Positions 1 to 11,773 of a DNA stretch of 64,000 nt are shown here, piece after piece; position 1 is the stretch's first letter; every line of letters begins with the position of its first letter. Below the pieces are notes generated by a model. That model worked only from the letters and a program-made list of their open reading frames with translations. It was not told the DNA's origin and did no database searches. Location of the stretch: the NCBI GenBank assembly GCA_963850305.1, contig CAWKKR010000001.1, positions 480,001 to 544,000 of the forward strand. The letters run 5' to 3'. The stretch comes from an uncultured delta proteobacterium (GTDB taxonomy: Bacteria > Myxococcota_A > Polyangia > Polyangiales > Polyangiaceae). The translations under genes and the position numbers were made by a program.

Positions 1-774
1 GTGAAACGTCTTCCCGATCGATTGCGGACTCATGCCGATGTAGTGCGCGGCCTGGACGACGTAGTCGATCGGCACGAGGTTCATCGGAGCGTCGCCCTTG
101 GTCGGTAAGAGCATCGGGAAATCCTGTGGCGCGCCGAGAATGAGGAGGATCAACAGGTAGGGCCCATCGAAGCGATCGACCTCGCCGGTTCGCGAGTCGC
201 CCACGATCTCGGTAGGCCGTACGACCGCGATGGGAAGGTCCGCCATCGCCTCGCGCGCCAGCCGCTCCGCGCGCGCGTGCGTCTCCTCCACCGCCGAGCG
301 GAACGATTGTCGCGCGGCCAGATCCTCTTCCAGGACGAGCCCCGTGCGGTTCCCGCTCACCTGTGCCATCGAATGAACGACCAGACACTTCAGTCGTTCG
401 CAGACGCGTCCGAACTCGAGCACTTCGCGCATCGCACCGATGTTCACCTCCTCGGCCACTTTCCGGGACGCGGCCGAGTACGTCACCTGCGCGACGTGGT
501 GAATCCGATCGACGCGCGACGAAAGCTCGCGATACTCGGCGCCCGAGAGCCCGAGATCGATGGCCGCGGCGTCACCTTCGAACACCACGACGCGCTCTCT
601 GTCCGATCTCGCCAGCTGCGCGACGAATTCTTCGGCTTGCCGGGACAGTTTCGGATGGACGATCGCGTGTACGAGGGAGCGTGGGTTCGCCGACAATTGC
701 CATTCGACCATCTTGCGGCCGCGGAAATTCGGAAAACCCGTGACCAGCACCACCTCGTCGTAGCTCGAAGACAT
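1..774 (-). CDS. Extended SDR / NAD-binding (fatty acyl-CoA reductase-like) protein, 3' end outside the window
   Basis: Not in the ORF track. Manual translation from ATG 774 gives MSSYDEVVLVTGFPNFRG...VFEGDAAAIDLGLS...HHVAQ...VNIG...VVRPTEIVGDSRTGEVDRFDGPY...NLVPIDYV, which are extended-SDR motifs. The frame is open to the window edge. Confidence 0.85.
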   Translation of the reverse strand, partial: MSSSYDEVVLVTGFPNFRGRKMVEWQLSANPRSLVHAIVHPKLSRQAEEFVAQLARSDRERVVVFEGDAAAIDLGLSGAEYRELSSRVDRIHHVAQVTYSAASRKVAEEVNIGAMREVLEFGRVCERLKCLVVHSMAQVSGNRTGLVLEEDLAARQSFRSAVEETHARAERLAREAMADLPIAVVRPTEIVGDSRTGEVDRFDGPYLLILLILGAPQDFPMLLPTKGDAPMNLVPIDYVVQAAHYIGMSPQSIGKTFH

Positions 775-923
775 CTCCCGCTGAGTAGTACGCCGCCGCC
801 CTGTCCGACCAGCGCCTCGCTGATCCTAGGGTGAAACCAGCGCGTGTCCGAGCGTCTTCACGTCACTCCGGCCAACGGGACGCTGACAACATCGTCAATC
901 CCGCCCAGCGAGCCGCTCGGTGC

Positions 924-1394
924 TCAAAACGGGATGTCGTCATCGTCGGCGGGTCCACCACCTCCACCGCCCTGGTCGGCCGGCTCGTCATAGTGGTCCT
1001 CGGGCGGCCCCTCGCCCCCTCGAGCGGGCCCGCCGCCACCACCGCCGCCACCTGCTCCTCCGCGACCCCCGCTCAGGATGACGTTGGTCGCGACAACCTC
1101 CGTCTTGTAGCGCTTGTTCCCGTCGCGATCTTCGTAACTCGATGTACGAAGCCCTCCTTCGACGAAGAGACGCGAGCCCTTGGTGAGGAACTTGCTGAGC
1201 GCTTCGGCTCGCTTTCCCCAGAGGACGACGCTGTGCCACTCGGTCTTCTCCTGACGGACTTTGTTCCGGTCGAGATACGATTCCGTCGTGGCGAGGCGCA
1301 TCTTCAGAATCGCCTGCCCGCCGCTCGTCATCTTGAGCTCGGGATCCGCCCCGAGGTTTCCCAGCAACATCACTCGATTCAGCCCATCCGCCAT
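924..1394 (-). CDS. ssb: Single-stranded DNA-binding protein
   Basis: LNRVMLLGNLGADPE OB-fold start, KTEWH, VEGGLRT, Gly-rich linker and C-terminal DDDIPF. Confidence 0.98.
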   Translation of the reverse strand: MADGLNRVMLLGNLGADPELKMTSGGQAILKMRLATTESYLDRNKVRQEKTEWHSVVLWGKRAEALSKFLTKGSRLFVEGGLRTSSYEDRDGNKRYKTEVVATNVILSGGRGGAGGGGGGGGPARGGEGPPEDHYDEPADQGGGGGGPADDDDIPF

Positions 1395-1509
1395 CTGCTC
1401 GCCTCCGAAGGTGATGACCCTTCCCTCGCGAGGTTCCCGGCGTCAAGCGCCGCGCTGACGGAATCTGTCCTCGCGCCTCAGCCCGGGTCCTCGTTCGTGG
1501 ATGCGCGAA

Positions 1510-1983
1510 TCAAAAGCTCGGCAGCTTCGGCCGCCGCGGCGGCGGCGCGTCCACGTCGTCCAGCATCGCTCGGATTTCTTCACGAATCGCGAAGAGCGCA
1601 TCGCGCATTCGTGCGCGGGACTGCTCCGCGTCGCCATGCGCGCTCGCGCTGGGCTTCGGCATTTCCGCGAGGGGTACCGGCTGCACGACGACCTCGGGTG
1701 CGTGAACCAGCACCACCTCGGCGACGGGTTCCGGGTCCGGATCGCGCAGTTTCTTCTTCGCTCCGGCAATCGTGAAGCCCTGGTTCTTGAGAAGGTCTTT
1801 GACCCTGAGCAGCTTCTCGACGTCGCGACGCGAGTAGACTCGCTGCCCCTTGTGCGACTTCTGCGGCCGGATCGTCCGGAACTCCGTCTCCCAGTAGCGG
1901 AGCACGTGCGGCTGCACGCCCACAATCTGCGCTACCTCGCCGATCCGGTAGTAGAGTTTGACGAGTTCGCGCGAAAGACCCAC
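1510..1983 (-). CDS. MerR-family HTH transcriptional regulator (ihfA-associated type)
   Basis: [25 protein letters not shown]...QRVYSRRD...GFTIAGAKK; lies directly downstream of ihfA, a conserved pairing. Confidence 0.93.
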   Translation of the reverse strand: MGLSRELVKLYYRIGEVAQIVGVQPHVLRYWETEFRTIRPQKSHKGQRVYSRRDVEKLLRVKDLLKNQGFTIAGAKKKLRDPDPEPVAEVVLVHAPEVVVQPVPLAEMPKPSASAHGDAEQSRARMRDALFAIREEIRAMLDDVDAPPPRRPKLPSF

Positions 1984-1988
1984 GGCAT

Positions 1989-2321
1989 CTACTCTTCGGC
2001 AGCCGGCGAGCCCGCTGGGGCGTGGGAAGCCTCTTCAGGACCCTCCCCGTTCAGCGCCTGCTTCAGCAACTGACTTGCCTTGAAGTTCAGGACCCGTCGG
2101 GCGGTGATCACGATCGGATCCCCGGTTTGCGGGTTTCTCCCCTGACGCTGACGCTTGTCGCGCAAGACCAGATTTCCGAACCCGGAGATCTTGATCTTCT
2201 CTCCACGACCCAGGGTCTCCTTCATCGTCTCGAAGACGAGATCCACCAGATCCGCGGACTCCTTCTTCGAGAACCCGCCTAGCTTCGTGTACACCGCATG
2301 AACGATGTCGGCTTTGGTCAT
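1989..2321 (-). CDS. ihfA: Integration host factor subunit alpha
   Basis: MTKADIV...[28 protein letters not shown]...[13 protein letters not shown] 2321 is preceded by GAAGGGGG. Confidence 0.93.
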   Translation of the reverse strand: MTKADIVHAVYTKLGGFSKKESADLVDLVFETMKETLGRGEKIKISGFGNLVLRDKRQRQGRNPQTGDPIVITARRVLNFKASQLLKQALNGEGPEEASHAPAGSPAAEE

Positions 2322-2522
2322 CTGGACCCCCTTCGGGAGTTCGAACCCACTCTGAGGGCCCGAGATGGGCCCGCTTCGACGAATGATCGGAATGAAGCGG
2401 TACCCGATCTTGTCATCGATGATGACCCAGCATCCCCGAAAAGTCCACTCCTCTCGCGCGGTTGACCGCAAGACCCAGGCCTGCCGCTTGCCGAGAGGGG
2501 GATAAGACGTGGGTAGGGGGCG

Positions 2523-4043
2523 TCAGGCGGCGCGGACCACGCCAACCTCAGCATCGGTCATGCCAGGTTCGGAGACCCGTTCCCCGCTCCCCTCAGCCCG
2601 CGGGGTCAGGCGCTGGCCGAGCTGCTCGGAGCCTACCAGCCAGGCCACGTATCCGTAGCCCATCATGAACAGGAACGCGAAAGGCGCGGCGAACCAGTGC
2701 TGCGTCTCCAGCGAGGCCACGACGCTCGCCAGGGAGACCAAGCAGAGGCCCATCTCGGCCATCGGCAGCCGAGCATACTGCCAATATCGACCCGCCGCCG
2801 CCCCGCGCTTCGGCGTCCGAACGAACTCGCCCGCCATGGAGCCCATGCCGTCCGCAACGGCGCGTGTCAGGTGCGGGCTCAAACCGGCCCCGAGGGCGAT
2901 GAGCGCCGGCAATCGCCGCAGCGCTTCCCAGATGGTCCGTCCCTGCGCCGTCTCGGCGGTCGCATAAAACGTCACCAGCGACCCCGTCGCGCCCATGCAG
3001 AGGGGCAAGTCGACGAGCAGCAGACTACGGCCGTTCGTGGCGGGCAGAATGAGGAGCGCCGGCAAGAGGAGCACGCTGAGCAACAGCATCAGCGGATAGG
3101 CGAAGTGCGGCAGCATGTGGAAACACGCTTCCGCTCGCTGGCGGAGGGTGATCGGCGCTCGGAGCACACGACCCAGGAGCTTGCGTGCCGTCTGGACCGT
3201 CCCCTTCGCCCAGCGATATTGCTGCGCGCGGAACGCACTCATCTCCGCCGGTAACTCCGCAGGCGTGACCACGTCGGGGCGATAGACGAACCGCCAGCCC
3301 TTGAGCTGCGCCCGGTACGAGAGGTCCAGATCTTCGGTCAGCGTGTCGTGCTGCCAGCCACCGGCATCCGCGATCGCCTGCCGCCGCCAGATGCCGCCGG
3401 TGCCGGAGAAGTTGAACATGCAGCCCGAGCCGAACCGTGCACGGTTCTCCACGAGATGATGGCCATCCAGCATGAGCGCCTGGACGCTGGTGAGCAGACT
3501 CTCGTCGCGGTTCAGGTGGGCCCAGCGGGTCTGCACCATGCCGACACGCGGATCCGAAAAGTCTCCGGCGACGGCACGCAAGAACTCGGGCTGAGGCACG
3601 AAGTCCGCGTCGAAAATGGCGACCAGCTCGCCCCTGGCTTGCTCGAGGCCGAACTCCAGGGCGCCCGCCTTGTACCCGACGCGTCCACTGCGCCGCAGAT
3701 AGACGGCGTCGAGCCCGCGTTCGCGGAGCTCGGCGACTTTGCGCCGCGCGAGCGCCTCGGTCTCGTCGGTGGAATCATCCAGAACCTGGATCTCGAACTT
3801 GTCCGCCGGATAGTCGAAGCGCGCGACGGCATCGAGCAAGCGTTCCACGACGGTGGCTTCGTTGAAGAGCGGGAGCTGCACCGTGACCGTGGGCAACCGA
3901 TCTTCCGCGACGCCCGGCCGGACCAGCGCCGCCCGCAGCTCATGCCGGTACCGGATGCACATCCAGACCAGGTGCGCGCGGTGGACCCCGTACGTGCAGA
4001 GAAGGAGCAAGACCGCGAAATAAAGTACGATGAACACTGCCAT
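2523..4043 (-). CDS. Membrane glycosyltransferase family 2 (cellulose synthase-like / CslA-type)
   Basis: From ATG 4043 (MAVFIVLYF): VQLPLFNE, VLDDSTD, GYKAGAL, FDADF, TEDLDLS, QQYRW (D,D,D,QxxRW) and C-terminal TM helices. The rest of the tracked ORF is antisense shadow of polA. Confidence 0.92.
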   Translation of the reverse strand: MAVFIVLYFAVLLLLCTYGVHRAHLVWMCIRYRHELRAALVRPGVAEDRLPTVTVQLPLFNEATVVERLLDAVARFDYPADKFEIQVLDDSTDETEALARRKVAELRERGLDAVYLRRSGRVGYKAGALEFGLEQARGELVAIFDADFVPQPEFLRAVAGDFSDPRVGMVQTRWAHLNRDESLLTSVQALMLDGHHLVENRARFGSGCMFNFSGTGGIWRRQAIADAGGWQHDTLTEDLDLSYRAQLKGWRFVYRPDVVTPAELPAEMSAFRAQQYRWAKGTVQTARKLLGRVLRAPITLRQRAEACFHMLPHFAYPLMLLLSVLLLPALLILPATNGRSLLLVDLPLCMGATGSLVTFYATAETAQGRTIWEALRRLPALIALGAGLSPHLTRAVADGMGSMAGEFVRTPKRGAAAGRYWQYARLPMAEMGLCLVSLASVVASLETQHWFAAPFAFLFMMGYGYVAWLVGSEQLGQRLTPRAEGSGERVSEPGMTDAEVGVVRAA

Positions 4044-4172
4044 GGGCGCACGTTCAGTAACACCCACCCCGACGCACAGTGTCATTCGAATGTAATTCTT
4101 TGCATCCGCTTGTCCGGCCGGGGCCCGCTCCCGAGCGAGCGCGGCCCCGCGCCGTGGTACGAGCCGGAGCGC

Positions 4173-6974
4173 ATGGCGACGTCGCTGTTCGAGTCCGCCG
4201 CAGCGGACGTCCTCTACATCGTCGATCTCTCCGGCTACGTGTTTCGGGCGTATCACGCCATCGCGCCGCTCAATTCTCCGTCCGGCGAACCGACGCAGGC
4301 GGTGTTCGGCACCGTGAACATGCTCGAGCGCCTGGTGCGCCAAAAGCGCCCCGCGATGCTCGCCGTGGCGATGGATTCCAAGACGCCGACGTTCCGGAAG
4401 CAGTTCTACGCGGAGTACAAGGCGCACCGGCCGCCGCCGCCACCCGATCTCGCGCAGCAGATGCAGCGCTGCCGGGAAATCGTCGATGCCTTCGCGATCC
4501 CGGTCTTCCAGAAGGACGGCTTCGAGGCCGACGACCTGATCGCGTCGGCGATCTCGCAAGCTCGGGCTCGCGGCCTTCGCGCCGTGATCGTGAGCGCGGA
4601 CAAGGATCTGATGCAGCTCGTCGGGGACGACGTGTTGATGTGGGACACCATGCGGGACAAGGTCTTCGGCCCGGCCGAAGTCCTCGAGCGATTCGGCGTT
4701 CCCGTGGCCCAGGTGCGAGATTGGCTCGCGCTCACGGGCGACGCATCGGACAACGTACCCGGCGTGCCCTCGGTCGGCCCGAAGACGGCGCGCGATCTGC
4801 TCGTCCAGTACGGCACTCTCGACGGCATCTATGCGCACGTCGACGAGATCGCGCGGAAGAGTCTGCGTGAGAAACTGAAAGAACACGAGGACGCGGCGCG
4901 GCTGAGCCAACACCTCGTCACGCTGCGAACGGAGCTCCCGAGCTTCTTCGACGCGACGGCGCTGCGCTACGGCGGGCGCGACACGACGATGCTTCGCAAG
5001 CTGTACACCGAGCTCGGGTTCGCGAAACACCTCGCGGCACTGGGCGGACCGGAACCGGCGTTGCCCGCGGCAACGCCGGCCACGACTCCGGCGACGAGCG
5101 CAGCCGCGCCGGGGGCACCGGAACAAACGGGATTCGCGTTCGGCGCGAGCGACACTCGTGCACCCGCGGCTCCCGCGGAGGTCGCTGCGACGACGCGGGT
5201 CGTCCTCGACGAGGTCGCGCTCGAGCGGATGGTCGCCAATCTCGTCGCGGACGGAGGCGTCGCCGTGGTCGCGGAGACGAGCGGGCCGAGCCCGGTGCGC
5301 GGAAGCGTGGTCGGACTCGGTTTCGCCGGGAAGAGCGGACGCTACTACGTGCCGCTCTCGCACCGTTACGCCGGCGTCGCGCCGCAGCTCGACGTCTCGA
5401 TCGTCGCGCGGGTCCTGGGACCGCTCCTCGCGGACCCATCGGTGCCGAAGTGGAGCCACGACATGAAGCACCTGCGCGTCGCCCTCGCGCGCCTGGGACT
5501 CGCGCTCGAGGGAGCCAAGTTCGACACGATGATGGCAAGCTACTTGCTCGACCCGGAGACGTCCCACTCGCTCGGCGACATCGCCGCGCGCGAGCTCTCG
5601 ATCGCCGTGGGGGAATCCAAGACGCTCGTGCCCAAGGTGCGCGGTCGCGAACCCGGCTTCGAGGAGGCGCGCATCGAAGGCGCGGCGGCACTCGTCGGCG
5701 CCCGAGCGGCGGCCGTTCACGAGCTCGTGGAGCGGCTGGGGACGAAGCTCGGCGAAGAACGGCTCTCGGACCTCCTCGAGACGATCGAGCTTCCGCTCAC
5801 CGAGGTGTTGGCGCAGATGGAGCAATCCGGCGTCCTCGTCGATTCGGAGCAACTCCGGAAGCTCGGGCGGCGGGTGGAGAGCGAGCTCCAGGTCCTGGAG
5901 AAGAAGGCGCACGAAGTCGCGGGCCGCGTGTTCAACGTGAACTCGCCGCGGCAGCTCGAGACCTTGCTCTTCGACGACCTCGCGCTGAAGCACGTCAAAC
6001 GAACGAAAACGTCGCGCTCGACCGACGCGGAGACCCTCGAGGCGCTCGCCGAGTTTCATCCGTTGCCGAACGTGATCCTCGAGATCCGACAGCTCTCGAA
6101 GCTCAAGGGGACCTATATCGATACCCTGCCGCTCCTCGCCGATCCGATCACGCACCGGATCCACACGCGCTGGGAGCAAGCCGTGGCCGCCACCGGGAGA
6201 TTGTCGTCCTCGGATCCGAACCTACAGAATATCCCCATTCGCTCGGAGCTCGGCCGCGAGATCCGCGCGGCGTTCGTGGCGCCCGAAGGCCATGTGCTCG
6301 TCAGCGCCGACTACTCGCAGATAGAGCTTCGTGTGCTGGCCCACCTGTCGATGGACGCGGTGCTGGTGGATTCGTTCCGGAGCGGCGAGGACGTCCACAC
6401 GCGAACGGCGATCGAAGTCTTCGGCGTGTCCGAGAGCGACGTCACGGCGGAGATGCGGCGCCGCGCGAAGGCCGTGAACTTCGGCATCATCTACGGTCAG
6501 GGCGACAGCGGGCTCGCCAAGAGCCTCGGCATCCCGCGGACGGAAGCGGCGTCGTTCATCGCCCAATACTTCCGGCGTTACGAGGGCGTCCGGAAGTTCA
6601 TGAACGACGTGCTCGAGTCCGCGCGCGCGGCCGGCTCGATTCGAACGCTGTTCGGAAGGCGGCGGCTCGTCCCCGACATCCGGAGCGAGAACCGCGCCCG
6701 CCGTCTCGCCGCCGAACGCATCGCGATGAACACTCCCATCCAGGGCACCGCCGCGGACCTCCTGAAGCTGGCCATGCTCGCCTTCCGAACCCCGCCCGCG
6801 CCGGGAGCCCGAATGGTGCTCACGGTTCACGACGAGCTGGTCTTCGAAGTTCCGGAGGGGCAAATCCAGGAAGCCTGCCGGGCAATCCGTCTCGGCATGG
6901 AGTCCGTGAGGCCCCTTGCCGTTCCGCTGCTCGTGGACGTCGGGCACGGGAAAAACTGGAGTATTGCCCACTGA
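4173..6974 (+). CDS. polA: DNA polymerase I
   Basis: From ATG 4173: IVDLSGYVFRAYHA, EADDLIA, LTGDASDNVPG (5' nuclease); TGRLSSSDPNLQNIP, ADYSQIELR, KAVNFGIIYG, VHDELVFE (polymerase). Confidence 0.98.
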   Translation: MATSLFESAAADVLYIVDLSGYVFRAYHAIAPLNSPSGEPTQAVFGTVNMLERLVRQKRPAMLAVAMDSKTPTFRKQFYAEYKAHRPPPPPDLAQQMQRCREIVDAFAIPVFQKDGFEADDLIASAISQARARGLRAVIVSADKDLMQLVGDDVLMWDTMRDKVFGPAEVLERFGVPVAQVRDWLALTGDASDNVPGVPSVGPKTARDLLVQYGTLDGIYAHVDEIARKSLREKLKEHEDAARLSQHLVTLRTELPSFFDATALRYGGRDTTMLRKLYTELGFAKHLAALGGPEPALPAATPATTPATSAAAPGAPEQTGFAFGASDTRAPAAPAEVAATTRVVLDEVALERMVANLVADGGVAVVAETSGPSPVRGSVVGLGFAGKSGRYYVPLSHRYAGVAPQLDVSIVARVLGPLLADPSVPKWSHDMKHLRVALARLGLALEGAKFDTMMASYLLDPETSHSLGDIAARELSIAVGESKTLVPKVRGREPGFEEARIEGAAALVGARAAAVHELVERLGTKLGEERLSDLLETIELPLTEVLAQMEQSGVLVDSEQLRKLGRRVESELQVLEKKAHEVAGRVFNVNSPRQLETLLFDDLALKHVKRTKTSRSTDAETLEALAEFHPLPNVILEIRQLSKLKGTYIDTLPLLADPITHRIHTRWEQAVAATGRLSSSDPNLQNIPIRSELGREIRAAFVAPEGHVLVSADYSQIELRVLAHLSMDAVLVDSFRSGEDVHTRTAIEVFGVSESDVTAEMRRRAKAVNFGIIYGQGDSGLAKSLGIPRTEAASFIAQYFRRYEGVRKFMNDVLESARAAGSIRTLFGRRRLVPDIRSENRARRLAAERIAMNTPIQGTAADLLKLAMLAFRTPPAPGARMVLTVHDELVFEVPEGQIQEACRAIRLGMESVRPLAVPLLVDVGHGKNWSIAH

Positions 6975-7049
6975 TTCGTGGTTGCGGGTCGGGGGCTCGT
7001 CATCTAGCTTCCCGGGCCGTCGGCGGGGTGACCTGCCTTCCTTCTTCCG

Positions 7050-7766
7050 ATGTCGGCAATCGCACCTCATATCTCGATCGTCATTCCGGTCTACAACGAG
7101 GAAGCGATCCTGCATGCGGCCGTCGTCGACCTCCGGGAACGCCTTGCGCCGCTCGGCTGGAATTACGAGATCATCCTCGCCGAGAACGGCTCGAAGGACG
7201 CGACGGTCCGCATCGCCGAAGAGCTGTCGCACAAGTACCCGGAGGTGCGGTACGTGTCCGCGGGCGAGCCGAACTACGGCGGTGCTCTCCGCAAGGGCAT
7301 CCGCCTCGCGCGCGGCGAGTTCGTCCTCTGCGACGAGATCGATCTCTGCGACACGGATTTCCACCGGCGCGCCATCGGGCTACTGGAATCCGACCAGCTC
7401 GACATGGTGATCGGTTCGAAGCTCATCGAAGGATCCTCCGACGAACGCCCCTGGGCGCGCCACGCGGCGAGCCTCGTCTACACGAGCCTCCTCAGGACGC
7501 TGCTCGGCTTCAAGGGAACGGACACGCACGGCCTGAAGGCGTTCCGGCGGGCCAGCTTGCTCGAGCACGTCGATGCCTGCGTCGTGGAAAAGGACGTCTT
7601 CGCGAGTGAGTTCGTGATCCGAGCTTACCGTGCACGGCTCCGGATCCGTGAGATCCCGGTGCGGGTGATGGAAAAGCGGCCTCCGTCCATCAACCTCTTC
7701 AAGCGGGTCCCGAACGTGCTGAAGAGCGTCATCAAGCTGACCTACGCGATCCGGATCAAGGGCTGA
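7050..7766 (+). CDS. Glycosyltransferase family 2 (polyprenol-phosphate glycosyltransferase-like)
   Basis: SIVIPVYNEE, ENGSKDAT, NYGGALRKG, DMVIGSK, TDTHGLKAF, EIPV motifs. Confidence 0.88.
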   Translation: MSAIAPHISIVIPVYNEEAILHAAVVDLRERLAPLGWNYEIILAENGSKDATVRIAEELSHKYPEVRYVSAGEPNYGGALRKGIRLARGEFVLCDEIDLCDTDFHRRAIGLLESDQLDMVIGSKLIEGSSDERPWARHAASLVYTSLLRTLLGFKGTDTHGLKAFRRASLLEHVDACVVEKDVFASEFVIRAYRARLRIREIPVRVMEKRPPSINLFKRVPNVLKSVIKLTYAIRIKG

Positions 7767-7773
7767 CGCGTTC

Positions 7774-8427
7774 TCACCAGGCTTCGATCCGCCAGTTTCG
7801 CTTCCGCGCGATGCCGCGGAGCCGGCGATCGGGGTTCACCGCGATCGGCGTCTTCACCCGCTCGAGCAGCGGGAGGTCCGTGATGCTGTCGCTGTAGAAC
7901 GTCGCGTCGTCGAGAGAGAACCCCTGCTCCTTTGCGAGCCGCTCGCTCAGCACGACCTTCCCCTCGCCGTAGCTGAGAGGCGGTCGAACCCGCCCCGTGA
8001 AGCAGCCGTCCTCGACCTCGAGGTGCGTCGCGACCACGTGCTCGATGCCGAGTGCGCGAGCGAGCGGGACCGCGGCATACGGAGTCGCACCGGTGACGAT
8101 CGCCACGACGTCGCCGTCCCGGCGATGCCGCTCCACGGCGCCGCGACCGGCTTCTGCGACGTGCGGCATCACGTAATCGACGAACCACGTCTCGCACGTC
8201 TCCCGCAGCCATTGCTCGCGCTTGCCCTTGAATGACCGGAGCGCGCGTTCGGCGATCCGCGGCGCGTCGAGAACCCCGACGGTGTACTGCATCATCCACC
8301 ACGCCACGCGGACCGCATCCCGAAACCCAGCCTCGCCGACGTCGCGCTGATAGCGAACGTACAAGGTCCCGGTGTCGATGCGGACGAGCGTCCGATCCAT
8401 GTCGAACAGGGCCGCGCGGCGGGGCAT
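7774..8427 (-). CDS. HAD-IB family hydrolase (SerB-like)
   Basis: ALFDMDRTL (DxDxT), IVTGA, GEGK, YSDSITDLPLL, VNPD. Confidence 0.93.
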   Translation of the reverse strand: MPRRAALFDMDRTLVRIDTGTLYVRYQRDVGEAGFRDAVRVAWWMMQYTVGVLDAPRIAERALRSFKGKREQWLRETCETWFVDYVMPHVAEAGRGAVERHRRDGDVVAIVTGATPYAAVPLARALGIEHVVATHLEVEDGCFTGRVRPPLSYGEGKVVLSERLAKEQGFSLDDATFYSDSITDLPLLERVKTPIAVNPDRRLRGIARKRNWRIEAW

Positions 8428-8501
8428 CGACGCCGAGCGTACACCAAAGGCGCGGGCGGTGATGCCAAGCTGGCTCGATCCGCTGTAGTGATCCGGGCCA
8501 C

Positions 8502-11042
<2,541 letters not shown>

Positions 11043-11194
11043 AAGAGCGGCAGTCGAGTGGGCCCGGGCGTTGCCTGTGAAGCGCGTGCTCGGCGCGCAC
11101 GCGCACGTTGTCGGTGACCCCCGCGGGGTGATCGGGAACGATCACAGGCAAGATCACGAACGATCTTGCCGTGATCCGCAACAATGTCGTCACG

Positions 11195-11530
11195 GACGGA
11201 CGTGATCTCGCCGCGGACGCGCATGGTCTCGTCGAGGACGCACGCGTCCGCGCCAAGGACGTGCATGGTCTCGTCGAGGACGTGCATGGTCTCGTCGAGG
11301 ACGCACGCGTCCGCGCCAAGGACGCGCATGGTCTCGTCGAGGACGTGCATGGTCTCGTCGAGGACGCACGCGTCCGCGCCAAGGACGCGCATGGTCTCGT
11401 CGAGGACGTGCATGATCTCGTCGAGGACGCACGCGTCCGCAGCGAGGACGTGCATGGTCTCGTCGAGGACGCACGCGTCCGCAGCGAGGACGTGCATGGT
11501 CTCGTCGAGGACGCACGCGTCCGCGCGATG
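11195..11530. repeat. 21-bp-periodic tandem array of two unit types (A and B)
   Basis: A = GACG(T/C)GCATGGTCTCGTCGAG, B = GACGCACGCGTCCGC(GCCAAG/AGCGAG). From 11216 the order is A B A A B A A B A A B A B A B (15 units), preceded by a degenerate unit at 11195. Confidence 0.95.
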
Positions 11531-11773
11531 GAGATGGCCGTCCGCGGCGCCTCCGGCACAATCCGACCAAGACCCCATGCGGACCGGGACCAAACGGACC
11601 GTTACCCGGGAGCGTCTTGACGAAGACTCGTCCAGCCCCGGCGCAAACCGGTAGAGACCCGCGGTGCAATCCGCAGAATGCAAAGGCGCTGGGAGTCCGA
11701 TACGGGCCTACGCGGGCCGTCTCGGAGGGCGTAGAAGTTTTTTTGGGGGAACTCCAGGGTGTAAAAGACCCCC

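Noticed and set aside
2330..2360. tRNA suggested by GTTCGAACCC
   Set aside because: No cloverleaf or acceptor stem could be built around it.
3348..4172. Long N-terminal extension of PolA
   Set aside because: Antisense shadow of the GT2 gene; PolA homology begins at 4173.
4044..6179. N-terminal ~700 aa of the 1218-aa minus-strand ORF as a giant glycosyltransferase fusion
   Set aside because: It is the codon-aligned antisense shadow of polA, typical of high-GC DNA. The GT2 starts at 4043.
11216..11530. CRISPR array or iteron/replication origin
   Set aside because: Contiguous tandem units without spacers; no rep gene or AT-rich unwinding region adjacent.
11738..11749. T7G5 tract upstream of rlmM as a phase-variable promoter or terminator
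   Set aside because: The tracts are short, there is no convincing hairpin, and promoter boxes cannot be supported.
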